This document shows positions 47,629-59,900 of a stretch of DNA of 64,000 nt, piece after piece (positions within the stretch are counted from its first letter, which is position 1; each line of letters starts with the position of its first letter). This DNA is from Diplonema japonicum (taxonomy: Eukaryota; Protista; Euglenozoa: Diplonemea): assembly GCA_964019335.1 (NCBI GenBank), contig OZ025728.1:124001-188000 (forward strand), read 5' to 3'. The notes beneath the pieces were generated by a model. It did no database searches. It worked only from the letters and a program-made list of their open reading frames with translations, and was not told where the DNA came from. The translations under genes and the position numbers were made by a program.

Positions 47629-50559
47629 CTATAACAAAGTCCAAACACTGTTGTGGTGGCCACCACCACAGGTCTCAGAGGGCTTCCCAGGACAGGGCTT
47701 GTTGCACCTGCTCTCAGACACCTTGCGGCTGTTGTCAATGTTGTTCCCACACCAGCACTGCCTCCCGTACTGAAGACCTGCAACAGAGTACCCGTTGTGC
47801 TGGCAGGTCCGGGTGCACTCCTCCACACTGTTCAGCTTGCTGTCAGAGTAGGCAAACACAGGGAACTGCCTGTTGGAGGAGTAGTCACGGAAGCAGCCTA
47901 TGTAGGCGAAGGTGTCCCTCGGGGCCACAGGGACCAACGAGTAAACCTGGTTCCTCCAACCCCCACCGCAGGTCTGTGTGCTGTCCCCACTGCACGGGTC
48001 GTCGCACTGTGACATCGCTGTTCTCTTTGAGGTGGAGAGGTTGTCCCCACACCAGCATTCTTCACCAGCTTGGGTCCCCGAGTACTTGTACCCCCTCGAC
48101 TGGCAGATCGTTGCACACTCCCCGTTCGTGAGCCCATTCGTATCAGTGTAGGTGTATTGGAGCTTCCTGTCTGCACTGTCCTTGTAGCAGCCCTCCAGGA
48201 CAGGGGTGTGGGGCACTGTAGGCTCTGTGAACTGGTACACCCTCATCCTGTTCCCACCACCGCACTTCACAGAGGAGTCCCCCGTGCACTCCTTGTCGTC
48301 GCAGTCGGAGGCAATGTGGCGCACCGCCCCAGACATGGAGTTCCCACACCAGCACTCGCTCCCGAACTCAACACCAGCAAAGGAGTAGCCCCCCGAGTGG
48401 CACCTCTCCACGCACGACTCGACCGTGTTCTGCGGACCGTTGTAAGCAAGGTGGGGAAGCTGCCTGCTCCCGCTGGAGTCGGCGTAGCACCCGATCCCCC
48501 AGCTGGCAAGTGTGGGAGCAGGTGTGGGAGCGGGTGTGGGGGAAGGTGTAACTGCAGGCAACGGGGAAGTGCGAAGCCTGTAAACAGAAAGCCTATCCTC
48601 CGTGCCGCTCACGAAAAGGTGGCCGTTACCGGCCACAAGGGACCAGGGGGACTTTGTGGCGTCCTTTGCAAGGAGGACAAAGGTGTGGGGAGCGGCCTCC
48701 TGCAACACAACAAGACCGTTAGCACCACACGCAAGGTAAAGCCTCCCATTGTGGAATTGCATGTCAGTGCAGGAATCGGCCTCCTCGGGGACGTTGAGGG
48801 CCGTGTAGGACCCCGACACAGGGTCCACCAGCACGGGCGGCTGTTTCGAGCCCACGACCCCCGTACTGAGGTACAAGTTGTTGTTGTGGAATGTGAGCCT
48901 GGCCAGTTCATGTGGTGCCATGCTGGACATGGACAGCTCTGAGGGGTTCGTGGGGTCCGACACGTCGAAGATGATGAACTTCGCCTCCCCGCCGTTGGTG
49001 GTGGCGAACACCTTCCCGCTGCGGTAAGCAAGGTGTGCGGGGGCATCGCTGGCTGTACTCAAGGCAACGGTCCCTACCTCGGCGAGCGTGGCCGCATCCA
49101 GGACGTAAATCGACGCACCGGTGGAGAACTTGAGCAGCGCCACAAAGATATAGCTATCCGACTTAGCCAACCCACGCCAGTTGGGCTCAATAGTACCGGA
49201 GGGGGCGGCATATCTGTGCACGATGGCAGGGTGCGCAGGGTCCGCAAGGCTGCACTTCACCACCTCGCGCTCGAACGCTATGTATAGGTAATCACCTGAG
49301 ATGAGGACAGAGTTTGCATTCCCGTCACCCCACATGCTCGTTACCAGGGTTGGTTTTGTCTCGTCTGCCACGCTGTACACGTCTACAGGCCCATCTGTCA
49401 GCGCGCAGTATGTGTAATTGCCTCTCCAGGCAAGCTCGACACATTGTTGCGTTGAGTCTATGGTACCCACTTCTCGTAGTTCCGTGGGGGTGGGGAGCCT
49501 GTAGATGTCTCTCTCGGTGCTGCTTGCGAAGACGTCGATCCCGCTGGGCAGAACGGCATTGGCCTCCATCCCGTTGGGGAGGGGGTACACATTGCTAATG
49601 TCGAATCCGGAACCGGTCTCCTCGAGGATGAGGACCTGGTTCGCACCACCAACATGCAGCTTGTCGGCCTGCCATTTGAAATCGAAAGATCCGCCTGCCA
49701 TGCTTGGGAGCGTCATCATCAGTTTGTTCCCGTTGAGGTCGAATTTTGAGAGGTATCCAGTGTCTGTAACACTGTCGCCGAATTCAGATTTGTACAGAAA
49801 GCCGTTGTGGATGCCGATCCTGTGCCTGGTGTCGGAGGTCCCGAGGCTGTGCGTTGACAGCAGTGCTGGTGCGTCGGGATCCGCCACGTTAATAATGCTT
49901 AGAGTGATGGGAACAACGTCGTACGCAACAGGGGCCGTCGTGAGGTACAGCTTTCCGTTGTGGTAGGCCATCTCGGTTGTCACAGCGTTGGTCAGCTCGA
50001 GGCTTCCTTTTTTCGTCAAGCTGATCCCGTTCGCGGCAATTCCCTTCTCGAGGACGTAGAGGTGTTCGTTCACCCCGTCCCTGAATGTCACGTAGAGGTG
50101 GGTGGTCGACTGTGCAATTCCACGAATGTGCTCCTTCGTGTGGCCCATGGGATACTCCACTATCTGGTTGTAGAAAACACCAGGATTGCTTAAGCTGTCA
50201 AGCTTTACATTGTTGTACGTGATATTCCAGACCATTACGACTCCGTTGTCGCACGCCACGTAAAGAGCGTCGCCTTCAGTGGCCAAGGCGCGGGATCTGC
50301 AGGAGCTGGGTGATCTTCCCCCGACAGAGATGAAGATTTGGTCTTTATAAACGGGGGCATCGCCTTCCACGTCGTACCACCTGATGGCGCCGTCCCCTCG
50401 TCCGCCGTTCTCCTCCCTCATGATCCCGTACATTGTGGCCTTATCCCTTTTGTACATATCCCACAACCTGCCATCATCGAAATAAGGCGCTCCCTCACCT
50501 TTACCCTCACCCAAGGCGGCTGCCGTCAGCACGGAGAGCAGTATTGTTCTCGTCAACAT
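47629..50559 (-). CDS. Secreted double LVIVD-like propeller + PT linker + 3 WSC domains (one chimeric)
   Basis: Signal peptide; two tandem propeller units (GDALYVA...IINVADPDAP; GDYLYIA...IFDVSDPTNP); three WSC repeats. Confidence 0.92.
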   Translation of the reverse strand: MLTRTILLSVLTAAALGEGKGEGAPYFDDGRLWDMYKRDKATMYGIMREENGGRGDGAIRWYDVEGDAPVYKDQIFISVGGRSPSSCRSRALATEGDALYVACDNGVVMVWNITYNNVKLDSLSNPGVFYNQIVEYPMGHTKEHIRGIAQSTTHLYVTFRDGVNEHLYVLEKGIAANGISLTKKGSLELTNAVTTEMAYHNGKLYLTTAPVAYDVVPITLSIINVADPDAPALLSTHSLGTSDTRHRIGIHNGFLYKSEFGDSVTDTGYLSKFDLNGNKLMMTLPSMAGGSFDFKWQADKLHVGGANQVLILEETGSGFDISNVYPLPNGMEANAVLPSGIDVFASSTERDIYRLPTPTELREVGTIDSTQQCVELAWRGNYTYCALTDGPVDVYSVADETKPTLVTSMWGDGNANSVLISGDYLYIAFEREVVKCSLADPAHPAIVHRYAAPSGTIEPNWRGLAKSDSYIFVALLKFSTGASIYVLDAATLAEVGTVALSTASDAPAHLAYRSGKVFATTNGGEAKFIIFDVSDPTNPSELSMSSMAPHELARLTFHNNNLYLSTGVVGSKQPPVLVDPVSGSYTALNVPEEADSCTDMQFHNGRLYLACGANGLVVLQEAAPHTFVLLAKDATKSPWSLVAGNGHLFVSGTEDRLSVYRLRTSPLPAVTPSPTPAPTPAPTLASWGIGCYADSSGSRQLPHLAYNGPQNTVESCVERCHSGGYSFAGVEFGSECWCGNSMSGAVRHIASDCDDKECTGDSSVKCGGGNRMRVYQFTEPTVPHTPVLEGCYKDSADRKLQYTYTDTNGLTNGECATICQSRGYKYSGTQAGEECWCGDNLSTSKRTAMSQCDDPCSGDSTQTCGGGWRNQVYSLVPVAPRDTFAYIGCFRDYSSNRQFPVFAYSDSKLNSVEECTRTCQHNGYSVAGLQYGRQCWCGNNIDNSRKVSESRCNKPCPGKPSETCGGGHHNSVWTLL

Positions 50560-52029
50560 GATTTTCTTTTTTTTTTTTTGTTAAAATACTGTGAAAAAAT
50601 AATTTGTATGATAATAATGCTAATAAGAAAGAGGAGAAAAAAAAGAGAGGGGGAGAGGGGGGGGGGGGGGGGAGAAAAGAGGCCAGTCATGAAGCTGATG
50701 AAGGGCACTGCACAATAGAAACCGCTGATTATTTGCACAAGTTGAAATGAATTTTTAAAAAAGAAAAAAAGAAATTGGACGGGTTTTTCCCCTTTTTTCT
50801 TTTTTTTTTTTTTCCTCGTAGAAAAGAGGTTTGCCTCAAAAAAAAAAAAATCGAAATGATTTTTTTAGAGGCAACAAAAGACAATTATTTCAAAGGGTTT
50901 TTCGACTTCCTGGATTTTGAGCAAGAGAGGCCCCAGAAAGTACCTTGGAGTAGAATTTAACCGGTTCCATGGGCGTACAGCTACGTCTTCTACTACCTCG
51001 AATTTCCTTTTTTTTTTTTTCTTTTTGATTTCTTGGCATAGTAGAACAAAAAAAGTTTGAAATCTTAGAAGTTTTTTTTTTTCCAGTCAGGGAAAGGTCA
51101 AAAATCGCTAGAAGAAGAACTGTGTACCGTAATTCGGTTCAAGGAGAAATAAGGGGGGAAATAAATAACAGTTTGCTTTGTGCCGGTTAGATGGTCGCGG
51201 GATATTTCACAACAGAGACACGCTTCCCTATTATTTTGCTTTTCCTTTTTTTTTTTTTTTTCTTTTCGATTAAGGAAAAAAAAAGAAAGAAAGATGGAGA
51301 TCTTTCCATTCTTTTTTTTTCTCCCCCCCCTCCTTTTGTGAAAAGAAATAAAGAGAGAAAGAAAAAAAAAACCTGCTTCAGCGAAGAAGGTTTTTCTTTT
51401 CTCTCTCTTTTCTTTATTTTCTTTTTTTTTTTAGTTCACTACTGCTACATACTGTAAAAAGAAAAAAAAAAAAAAAAAAAAAAAAAAGAAAATCAATTTG
51501 ATTGTAGTTTTTCGCGCAGACGGGGTTAAAACCTGAAGAAGCCCCGCTACTATTTCTTTTCTTTTCTTTTCTTTTCTTTTCTTTTTTTGAAAAGGGAGGA
51601 CTTGCAATAAAAAATGAAAAGGGGGATTTGTGAAAGTTATTTTTTTCTTTCCCCCCCCCAAAAGAATCACAAGAGGGGAACGCAAAGTCCCTTGATAAGA
51701 CTTTTATACCAAAAAAAAAATAAAAATGAAAACAAAAAAAAAGAGATGAGATAAAGGAGGTTCCTGTTTTGGAACGTCCCCCTTGTCTCTACTTATCTAC
51801 CCCTTTCTCCCTTCTGGGGCCCTCTCGGCCTTTCTTTCTTTTTTGGCTGTGTTGCCTTTCTAAAAAAGAAACAAGTCCACCAATGATAGATATTTTTTAA
51901 AAGTTTTTTTTTTTTTTTTTTTTTTAAATTCCACTTCCTTTTCGACTTGCTAAGGCCGTACCCACTAAGTAAATAACAATTCATTATTCAAGCAAATGGG
52001 AAACCGGCGGGGGGGGGGGGGGGGGCGTC

Positions 52030-52193
52030 GGCTATGCTGGCAGGAAACGCGTTTCCAAGCACTTTTTTGAAAGTAAGGAAACGTTTCCTTACTTTGGGGC
52101 CGTTTTCCTTAAGAAGGGAACACGTTACATCTGAGGAGGACTGAGAAGGGAACGCGTTAAGTAGTCGAAAAAATAATTCTTGCCATTATAGCC
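52030..52193. mobile_element. Second copy of the GGCTATGCTGGCA MITE
   Basis: GGCTATGCTGGCAGGAAACGCGTTTCC...TGCCATTATAGCC between G-runs. Confidence 0.7.
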
Positions 52194-52754
52194 CTGGGGG
52201 GGTTTTGCAACCACTGCAATGTGCCCGGCCTCAAAAAACCTTTTTTTTTTTTTTTTTTTTTTTTTTTGGCGCTTCTTGGCACACGAGCAATTTAACGGGG
52301 ACCGGAGAGAGACTACTCACAAAAAAGAAATACAAAAAAAATGAGTTGAAGAAGGTCTTTGTGAACACTACTTGTGGCACGCTTCTTGTACCACCCCCAT
52401 CACGCGTTCTTCTTCATAAAAGGAAGAGGCAACCTTCCAGATTTTGAGGAGTCTTGAATGTGACAATGCCCTATGAATTAGAGGAGTTTTGAATGTGACA
52501 AACAATATCTTCCAGCTGACTGTGCGACACCACCATTCAGCTCAATCGTTGTTTCTCTTTTTTTTTTTTTCTTTTTTTTTTTTTCCTTCAAAAAAAGATT
52601 TTCAAATCAAGCTCACCTGAAAAACCGCTTGCGGGAAAAAAAAAAAAGAAATTTGATAAATTTCGGTGTGCGGGTGGATAAAAGTCCTCTACACAAATAA
52701 AGAAGCGCTTCTTTTTTAAAATAAAGAAAGGAAACAAAAAAAAGGGGGAGATAC

Positions 52755-55454
52755 TCAAAGGGAGAGGGACTTGTAATGCTCGCCGTTGGAGTCCGCCTGC
52801 AGCTCTGCTTCGTTGGTTGTGTTGAAATTCATTGCCGACGTCTTCTTCCTGCGTACGAGGAAGAGGCCAACCACAGCGACAAGAGTAACCACCACACAGG
52901 CAGGGATGAGCCAGTACAGGTAGGTAGGAGAGCTGTCATCGTCGGTATTCGACAGGCAGACACTGCGCTGATCTTTTGACACCAGCGCAATGCCTGCCTC
53001 GCACCTCAGGGACACGCACACCCCTGACAGTTTTGCTGTCGTGACTGCGCCTTTCATAGAGCACGCCTCCCCCTCCACGCTCTCCGTTGCTCCTACGAAC
53101 TCCGTCCCCAGCACCGCCGACAGATCCGCCTTCTGCCCGAGCATCCCTTCCACCCTCCCCTTCGCCTCCCCCGCCGTTATGCTTTCCGTCACAGGGACCA
53201 TCACACTGACAGTGCCGCTCTGCCCTTGCTGAGCCCTTCCCTTCCTCCCCGTGCTGCCGTTCTCGCATGCCACCGACGGCCATGTCACAGCCACCCGCAG
53301 GGCCAGCGAGAACTCCTCCATGAAGCTCTCCACAAGTTTCGTGTTCGCCAAAAACGCACCGCAGTCTGCCTTGGGAAATGTCCCCTTCACTACGAGGACA
53401 CCTTTCGCGGTGGGAGCAGGTGTCGGAACGGGAGTAGGAGCGGGAGTAGGACCAGAAGTCGGAGCAGGTGTAGGAGCTGGAGTAGGACCAGGCGTAGGAG
53501 CGGGGGTAGGACCAGAAGTCGGAGCAGGCGTAGGAGCGGGAGTGGGCCCAGAAGTCGGAGCAGGTGTAGGAACGGGAGTAGGAACAGGCGTAGGAGCGGG
53601 AGTAGGACCAGAAGTCGGGACGGGAGTAGGGGCGGGTGTTGGAACAGGCGTAGGAAGTGGAGTAGGGGCAGGGGTAGCAAGAGCATTGCCAGAGAGACGC
53701 ATCACCCAGAAACACCCACAAGACACGAAGGCCAGATCACCAGAGACATAAACGCTCCACGCACCCCCAAGGTCCCTGCCACCGATGAGTTGTGGAGCAG
53801 CAGGGTCGCTGACATCAACCATGCGGAAGCCGTTCTGCGTGGCCAAGTAGGCCACCTTGTCGACCACCTGTACCTTCCGCGCTTCTGTTCCGTTCGAGTA
53901 CTTCCCGAGAGCCTTCGGGGAGGACAGAGTGCTCACGTCCACTATCTCCAGCCCAGCATCGCTTGCGATGTAGGCTGTTCCATCCACCACGAAGACGTCC
54001 TCCGGGAAGCCCTCCAAGGACAACGTCGCGATCTCCTGGGGGTTGGTCGGCGAGCTTACGTCGTAGATGAGGAACAGGTTAGCCGACTCGATCAGAAAGA
54101 CGGTCGTCCCCACCACGTACAGCCCATTTGCTGCCAAGTCCACGCTTGCGATACTCTTGATGGAGGAAGGTGTGCTCACGTCCAAGATGTCGAAGTTGTG
54201 CGGCATGTACGTGGTGACGTAGGCAATGTCCCCAACCACCTGAATGTCGGTCACCTCCTTGCTGTACTCACCCAGGTGCTTGATCGCATTGGGCGTGCTC
54301 ACGTCGAACGCGTCCTCATCAACAAAGGCTGTCGTCCCTACGATCTGCACCACAGCACCACCCCGACGAGGGGCGCTCCCCAGCAACACCAGCGAGCTGG
54401 GATCCGTTATGTCGTACGACTGAAAAAAGTAGTCGTTTGACATGTAGGCGATGTTCCCAACCACTTGCATCCCCTTCACGCCCCACGCCTCTGGCACGTA
54501 TCCGTCGCCCTTCACGTCCATCTGCGATGGGTTGCTCACGTCCACCACCCTCATCCCTGTGGGCTTTGGGTACGCATAGTAAGTAACATAGACCGTGTTG
54601 CCCACAAGGCGAACAGCGTTGGCGTCGATGTTCAGCTCCTGGAGAAGCTGCGAGTTTGCGCCGCCCTGCAGGTCGATGGATCGAAGCCCCATGAAGGAAC
54701 CGGTGGCGATGAAAGCGGTCGTCCCCACCATCTGGATGTCCTTGATCCCGCTCCCCTTCGTGTCGTACTCCCATTGGAGGACGGGGGTCCCGCCTGTAAC
54801 CTTGTACGCCACCACCTTCCCGGAACTGGTACCGATGTAAGCGTTCTCACCGACCACATCCACGCAACTGGCGCTGCTGGTGTCTGCGGACCCGAGTACC
54901 TTGGGAGGCGCAACGCTGAAGTCCAGTACTTTGAACTCATTTGCGACGGCTGTGTACACAGTTGTCCCTTCCACGCGGAACCTCCCCCCAGACAACCCGG
55001 AGATGGAGAAGCTGCCGACGATCTTCGGGCTGGACGGGGTCGTCACATCCACACGGTGCACGTCTGTGTCTCCCATGATGAAGACAGAGCTGCCCGAGGC
55101 GCGGAGGAAAAAACCCTTCGCAAGGGGCTCGCTCCCCAGCAGAGCGGGTTTCGAAGGGTTGCTCACGTCCAGCACAACAAGTCCGTCAGACTTGCCCACA
55201 AGGTACACGGTGTCACCGACAGCATCCACCGATTCCGGATAATCATAGATGTACCACCCCATTGGGGAGGGCGTCTCGGGCGTGCTCACGTCCAGCACCA
55301 CCAGCCCCGACGTCGCTGCTATGTAGGCCTTGTCTCCCACCACCGCAGCGTCCTTCATTGAACCCGTGTTCCATGTCCTGCCCACAATCTCAGGGGTGGT
55401 GTAGGCAGCAACAGCCGTGCCCGCAATGCACACCAGCAGCAAGGGGTTCATCAT
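52755..55454 (-). CDS. Type I membrane protein: LVIVD repeats + PT-rich stalk + juxtamembrane domain + TM + short tail
   Basis: Signal peptide; about 13-14 V.G..AY.A....GL.VLDVS.P..P repeats; PTPAPTSG repeats; [25 protein letters not shown] followed by RRKK; tail ends YKSLSL. Confidence 0.93.
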   Translation of the reverse strand: MMNPLLLVCIAGTAVAAYTTPEIVGRTWNTGSMKDAAVVGDKAYIAATSGLVVLDVSTPETPSPMGWYIYDYPESVDAVGDTVYLVGKSDGLVVLDVSNPSKPALLGSEPLAKGFFLRASGSSVFIMGDTDVHRVDVTTPSSPKIVGSFSISGLSGGRFRVEGTTVYTAVANEFKVLDFSVAPPKVLGSADTSSASCVDVVGENAYIGTSSGKVVAYKVTGGTPVLQWEYDTKGSGIKDIQMVGTTAFIATGSFMGLRSIDLQGGANSQLLQELNIDANAVRLVGNTVYVTYYAYPKPTGMRVVDVSNPSQMDVKGDGYVPEAWGVKGMQVVGNIAYMSNDYFFQSYDITDPSSLVLLGSAPRRGGAVVQIVGTTAFVDEDAFDVSTPNAIKHLGEYSKEVTDIQVVGDIAYVTTYMPHNFDILDVSTPSSIKSIASVDLAANGLYVVGTTVFLIESANLFLIYDVSSPTNPQEIATLSLEGFPEDVFVVDGTAYIASDAGLEIVDVSTLSSPKALGKYSNGTEARKVQVVDKVAYLATQNGFRMVDVSDPAAPQLIGGRDLGGAWSVYVSGDLAFVSCGCFWVMRLSGNALATPAPTPLPTPVPTPAPTPVPTSGPTPAPTPVPTPVPTPAPTSGPTPAPTPAPTSGPTPAPTPGPTPAPTPAPTSGPTPAPTPVPTPAPTAKGVLVVKGTFPKADCGAFLANTKLVESFMEEFSLALRVAVTWPSVACENGSTGRKGRAQQGQSGTVSVMVPVTESITAGEAKGRVEGMLGQKADLSAVLGTEFVGATESVEGEACSMKGAVTTAKLSGVCVSLRCEAGIALVSKDQRSVCLSNTDDDSSPTYLYWLIPACVVVTLVAVVGLFLVRRKKTSAMNFNTTNEAELQADSNGEHYKSLSL
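53410..53680 (-). repeat. Coding minisatellite (PTPAPT / PTSG stalk)
   Basis: Tandem 12- and 24-nt units, e.g. GTAGGAGCGGGAGTAGGACCAGAAGTCGGAGCAGG. Confidence 0.9.
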
Positions 55455-56557
55455 TTTCTTCTTCTTTTTTTTTTTTTTTTTTTTTTTTCCTGACTGTTGT
55501 GGGGGTTTTCAGGGTGGGGGAGTAAGAGGATGCGAAGACTAAAATAAACAGAAATGAGAAGGGATAGAGAGGGGAAAAAAAAAAAAAGAAGGAAAAACGG
55601 GGATCAGTCTTTCATCTTTTCATTCTGTTTCTTGGCAGAAAAAGGGTACTTTTTTTTTTTTTTTTTTTTAAAAATTCCACTTCCTTTTCGACTTGCTAAG
55701 GTCGCACCCACTAGGTGGGTTGGAAGTGTCTCGAGACGCTCACCCGGTTGCCCGGGTACTCATGACCGTGCTGGTGTTCTCATTCCACAAGAAGCTGGTT
55801 GTTTAGCACTTTACACTTTTTTTTTTTTTTTTTTTTTTTTTTGGCTACTGTGGGTGCCGGACCTCAGTATCCTTTTTTTTTTTTTTTTTATTATCACGTA
55901 TAGTATACTGAAAAGAAATCGAAAAACTCTCGAGTAGTGGGCGGATGCTCACTGTTCACAATAAATAGTACTCAGCCGTCATTCTGTCAGCCCCCTCCCT
56001 TTTTTGGAGAGTTAACCCTTTTCTTTTCAGAATATGTTCGATAACTGAGCTAAGAAGAGAGAGGGAGAGGGGAGAGAGAGAAAAAAAAGGGAGAGGGGGA
56101 TAGGGAAGCAAATATGTAAAGGAGACGGTCTTTGTCAGACCGCCCTAGAAAAAAAAAAGACCTTTTGCTTTGAACAGAATCGTTAAAGTATCTTAAAGGC
56201 GCTCTGGCATCGACGACAGCCATCGCACAACCAGCGTTCCAAAAAGAGTCGGTTGATTGTTGTTTGTGCACAGCCTTTTTTCACGGAGAGGTAGGGGGGA
56301 AAAGAGGTGAAGAAGTTCAAGAAAGTGGGGGGGGGGGGGGGGGGGGGGGGGGAGGGCCATCAAAACTTGAGAGGAAGAGATGGAGGGGGGAAAAAGAAAA
56401 ATAATGAGATATATATTTTTTTGAAAATGAGATATATATATATATATTTTTTTTTTTAAATTTCACCTCCTCTTGGTCTAGCCAGACCGACCCCACCCAG
56501 CTGGGCTGTGTGGAGCCAACGGAAGTGTGTTGAGACGTTCGTGCTTTCGGCTAATGG

Positions 56558-56594
<37 letters not shown>

Positions 56595-56978
56595 GGAGGG
56601 GAAGGGAAGGAGAAGAAGAGGCAAATTCAAAAACAAACTAGGGAGGGATGAGTGGGGCAGGGGGTAAAATTTAGGAGGGGGAAAGAGGGAGAAATCAAAA
56701 AGGGGAAAGGGGCAGAGTGACCAATGTCCATGCGAAAAAGCATAGAGCGGGGGAAGAAGAAAATCAAAAAGAGGAAAAACACATCACCACAAAAGTCAAT
56801 TTTTTTTTTTTTTATTGATGCACATGGGGGAAGAGGGTTGTTGGGGTTATTTTTTCTTTCTTTCCTTTTTTTTTTCTTTTTTTTTTTTTCTTTCTATTTG
56901 TTTACACTTGATTTGTTTTCTTCGCTTGCTGCTTTGATTAGCTTGCTGGTTAACAAGATAATATGATTTCCTTCTCAC

Positions 56979-59900
56979 CTAAAAAAGGCCCCCGACACGA
57001 AAGCGGTTGCTGACTGGTGTCATCTCAAGGAACTTCTGAATGTGTGCGAAACCATTCCTGCAATCCTCCTTTTGCATGATGGAAGGGTGTGGGGTGTAGC
57101 CAGAGGGAAGCACCACAACAGCAAGCCTCGCTGCCCGTGTAAAGCACACGTTCATCAACGACTGCTTGCAGAAATTCAAATCACCCAGGTAACTGCTATT
57201 GTCATCCTTGAACCTTTCCAAGGACAAGACCGTCACGTCAGTTGTCATGCCTTGGCACCCCTCGATGGTGGCTGACTCCACTCCAGAGGATATAGCATCC
57301 CCGCTCTTCGTCTTGCTGATAAGGTGAACCTTTGGTTGCTTCTTGTTTTCCTCAATTCCGTAGTTTAGGCTAATGAACTTTGCAAGGCTCTTCGCGACAT
57401 CCCACGCTGCCACCTTGTCATTCTCCACCTCGATCGTCATCAACCCTCGAAGACGGGCCCCCAGTCTTAGGTTAGACCAGGTGTGTTTCCCCTCTGCCTG
57501 CAAGGTCAAGGCCTTCTCCACAGTTGGCATTGGCCCACCATATAAGCACCTCGTGAGCTCCCCAATCGCCTTGTCTGATCGAAGGTATTGGTTCTGGTTC
57601 ACGACATGAGGGCCAAGGTAGCTTTTGGCATATTGCAAGTGAGGGCCAAGGAAGCTTTGCAACAGGCTGCCTGCTATGTCCGGGATCCCTTTGGGAAGGT
57701 CCCAGTTCAAAGGACGGTTGACGCCAAGCTGCAACGGGTCGCCGAGGATGATGAGCCTGCCGTTGTCCTTGAGGCGGGTCAGCAGGGTTGTCAAGCAGTA
57801 GCCCTCAACCTGTGAGGCTTCGTCCACCACCACAACGTCGAAAAAGTCAGGAAGGGTTTTCTTCTTAGGAGGGGCGTTGTGCCTGTGAGGGTTGTTATCT
57901 CTCTTCTTCTTTTACCATACCTCTTGTCAGAGACAACTGTGTACTCCCTGTCGAGTGAGCTGTAGGCCTCCAACGACATTCCCACCACACAACTTGCGCC
58001 ATTACCTCCGATCCATTGACCGAAACGATCGACATGTCCAGCAGGAACTAACAGTCTTTCTATGATCTGCTTTATTGGGATAACGTTGTGCGAGGTGACA
58101 CACACAGTTGCATCCCTTTCTTGCTCCTTGATGTGTGTAATTGCTGCACATGCTGCTGTGGTCTTCCCCGACCCGGGCGGACCACAGCTCACCGTAAGAC
58201 GGTTCTCACAGGCCTTCTTGACCAGTTCTTGCTGGTCACACGTCAAGGTGCAACCAGAGTACGAGGCCATCATCGACGAGGCAGAAATAGTGGGCTGCGG
58301 AGGTGTCTGGTTGCACCGCTCGGGGTTCGCAGCTTCGAAAAGCCGTTTCAACATCTTCTTGTCTGTTGCGTTCTTCACTGTTTTCGTCACAAAAGACAAG
58401 GGCAAGCCCTTACGGCGCAACACCCAAAAGGTCCCCTTCTTGAATACAGGAATTCTGTTCAGCTCCAGGAACAGGTCGTCGTTCAGGTAACACTGCTTGA
58501 CGCTAGGCCGCTTCGTGATGTCACATAGAACCCCTTGCTCGTTGTTCACAGCTTCCTCGAAGCTCAGCAGTTCCCAGTCTTCTGACTGCACGAACCGCTT
58601 CTTCGTACCGACAGAGACGAGTCCAACTACTTGACGTGTGGTTGACTTGCGGCGTTGCTCATCTTCTTCTTCTTCCTCTCCTTCTTCGAGGCTATTTTTC
58701 ATGGTCTCAAGTTTGGTGCATTGCAGAATGGTCCAGGCGCCGTTCTGCCTCCTAAGCTTCTCATCAACAAGCTTTTCCTGCGCGAGTCGCTTGTGAAGGT
58801 ACCCCAGCCAAGCTGCTGCCTTGTTGTCAGGGTCGGGCTTTGCTGGGTCAGACACAATGTCAGCAATCTTCTGGATTGCATTTTCGTCAACCGACATAAG
58901 ATCCCTCCTCGGTGGGGGTTTGGCCAAATGCTGGCTGTGCGTGTCGGCACGGCTTCTCAAATACTGCAAAAGCTTGCCCCCTAACACTGCGTCGTCCTTG
59001 TAGGTTGCTTCCTGCTGCTGCTCTTCTTCCACTGCCGTTTTATTAATCTCCTCCTTCATGTGCTGAATGACATGATCACCCCCGTACAATTCGGGGACAA
59101 CGCACATCTCACGCACAATGCTTTCCAGGGACACGAATGTCGGGATGGTGCCCTCCTCTACTGGTGGGTTCTTGACCCTCATGCGCTTCCCGTAAAGCCT
59201 CGCGGTGCCCTCATTCAAGGTGTACACCTGAATCGCATCGCTTGAAAAGTCACTGCCACGGAGACCTTCCAAAAATTTGCACACACCCGCATAGCTGTCA
59301 GCCTCGTGAAGCTCGTCTTTGTGGTACATCGCAAAACTGATCTTGTCAGGGACCAGGGGGTCCTTGCTCGGCTCCATCAGGTCAGTGATGATAACCTCGT
59401 GTGTGTTGTGGGACTTCTCAGCCAAGCTGCTCAGCCGTTTCGATGTACGGTACCCGAAAGCCACAGGGGTGTCCTCCACGGGGAACTTCACACGGCTTGC
59501 CCCAACCACTGTGTGCCGGTTCTTAATGTCGAGATTCGTCCAATCTCTGAGAGGGAACTCCGAAGCCTTCTTGTTGCCCAGTAGATCTTCGATGTCAGGG
59601 AGCTCGCCTGTGATCCCAGCCAAGGTACCTTCAACTTCCCCCCTGCAGCGTTCAACAAATTTGCACTTGGTGCAATCTCTGTCCAGCTTGGGCTTTGGGT
59701 CCCGCCACAAGTCGTCGTTCCGAAGCTTTTCTTGTGCAAGCTTCATGCCCGCCGTTGCGAGGGACAGGTCACACTCAACAAGCCCCTCCCTCAACCACAG
59801 CTTCGCGGTGACCTTGTCGTCTACAACAAGGTCCCCACTCGGGTCCTTCGTTTGCTTGATCAGTGCCTCCAGCACCATTGCATACATGGCTGCCTGTCCT

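Noticed and set aside
53226-55361. Long plus-strand ORFs (404 aa, 298 aa) opposite the LVIVD gene, and similar ones opposite the WSC and helicase genes
   Set aside because: Antisense shadows of GC3-rich, repetitive coding sequence.
57791-57920. Frameshifted pseudogene or programmed frameshift in the helicase
   Set aside because: A canonical 38-nt GT-AG intron, with a donor and acceptor like others in the window, restores the frame.
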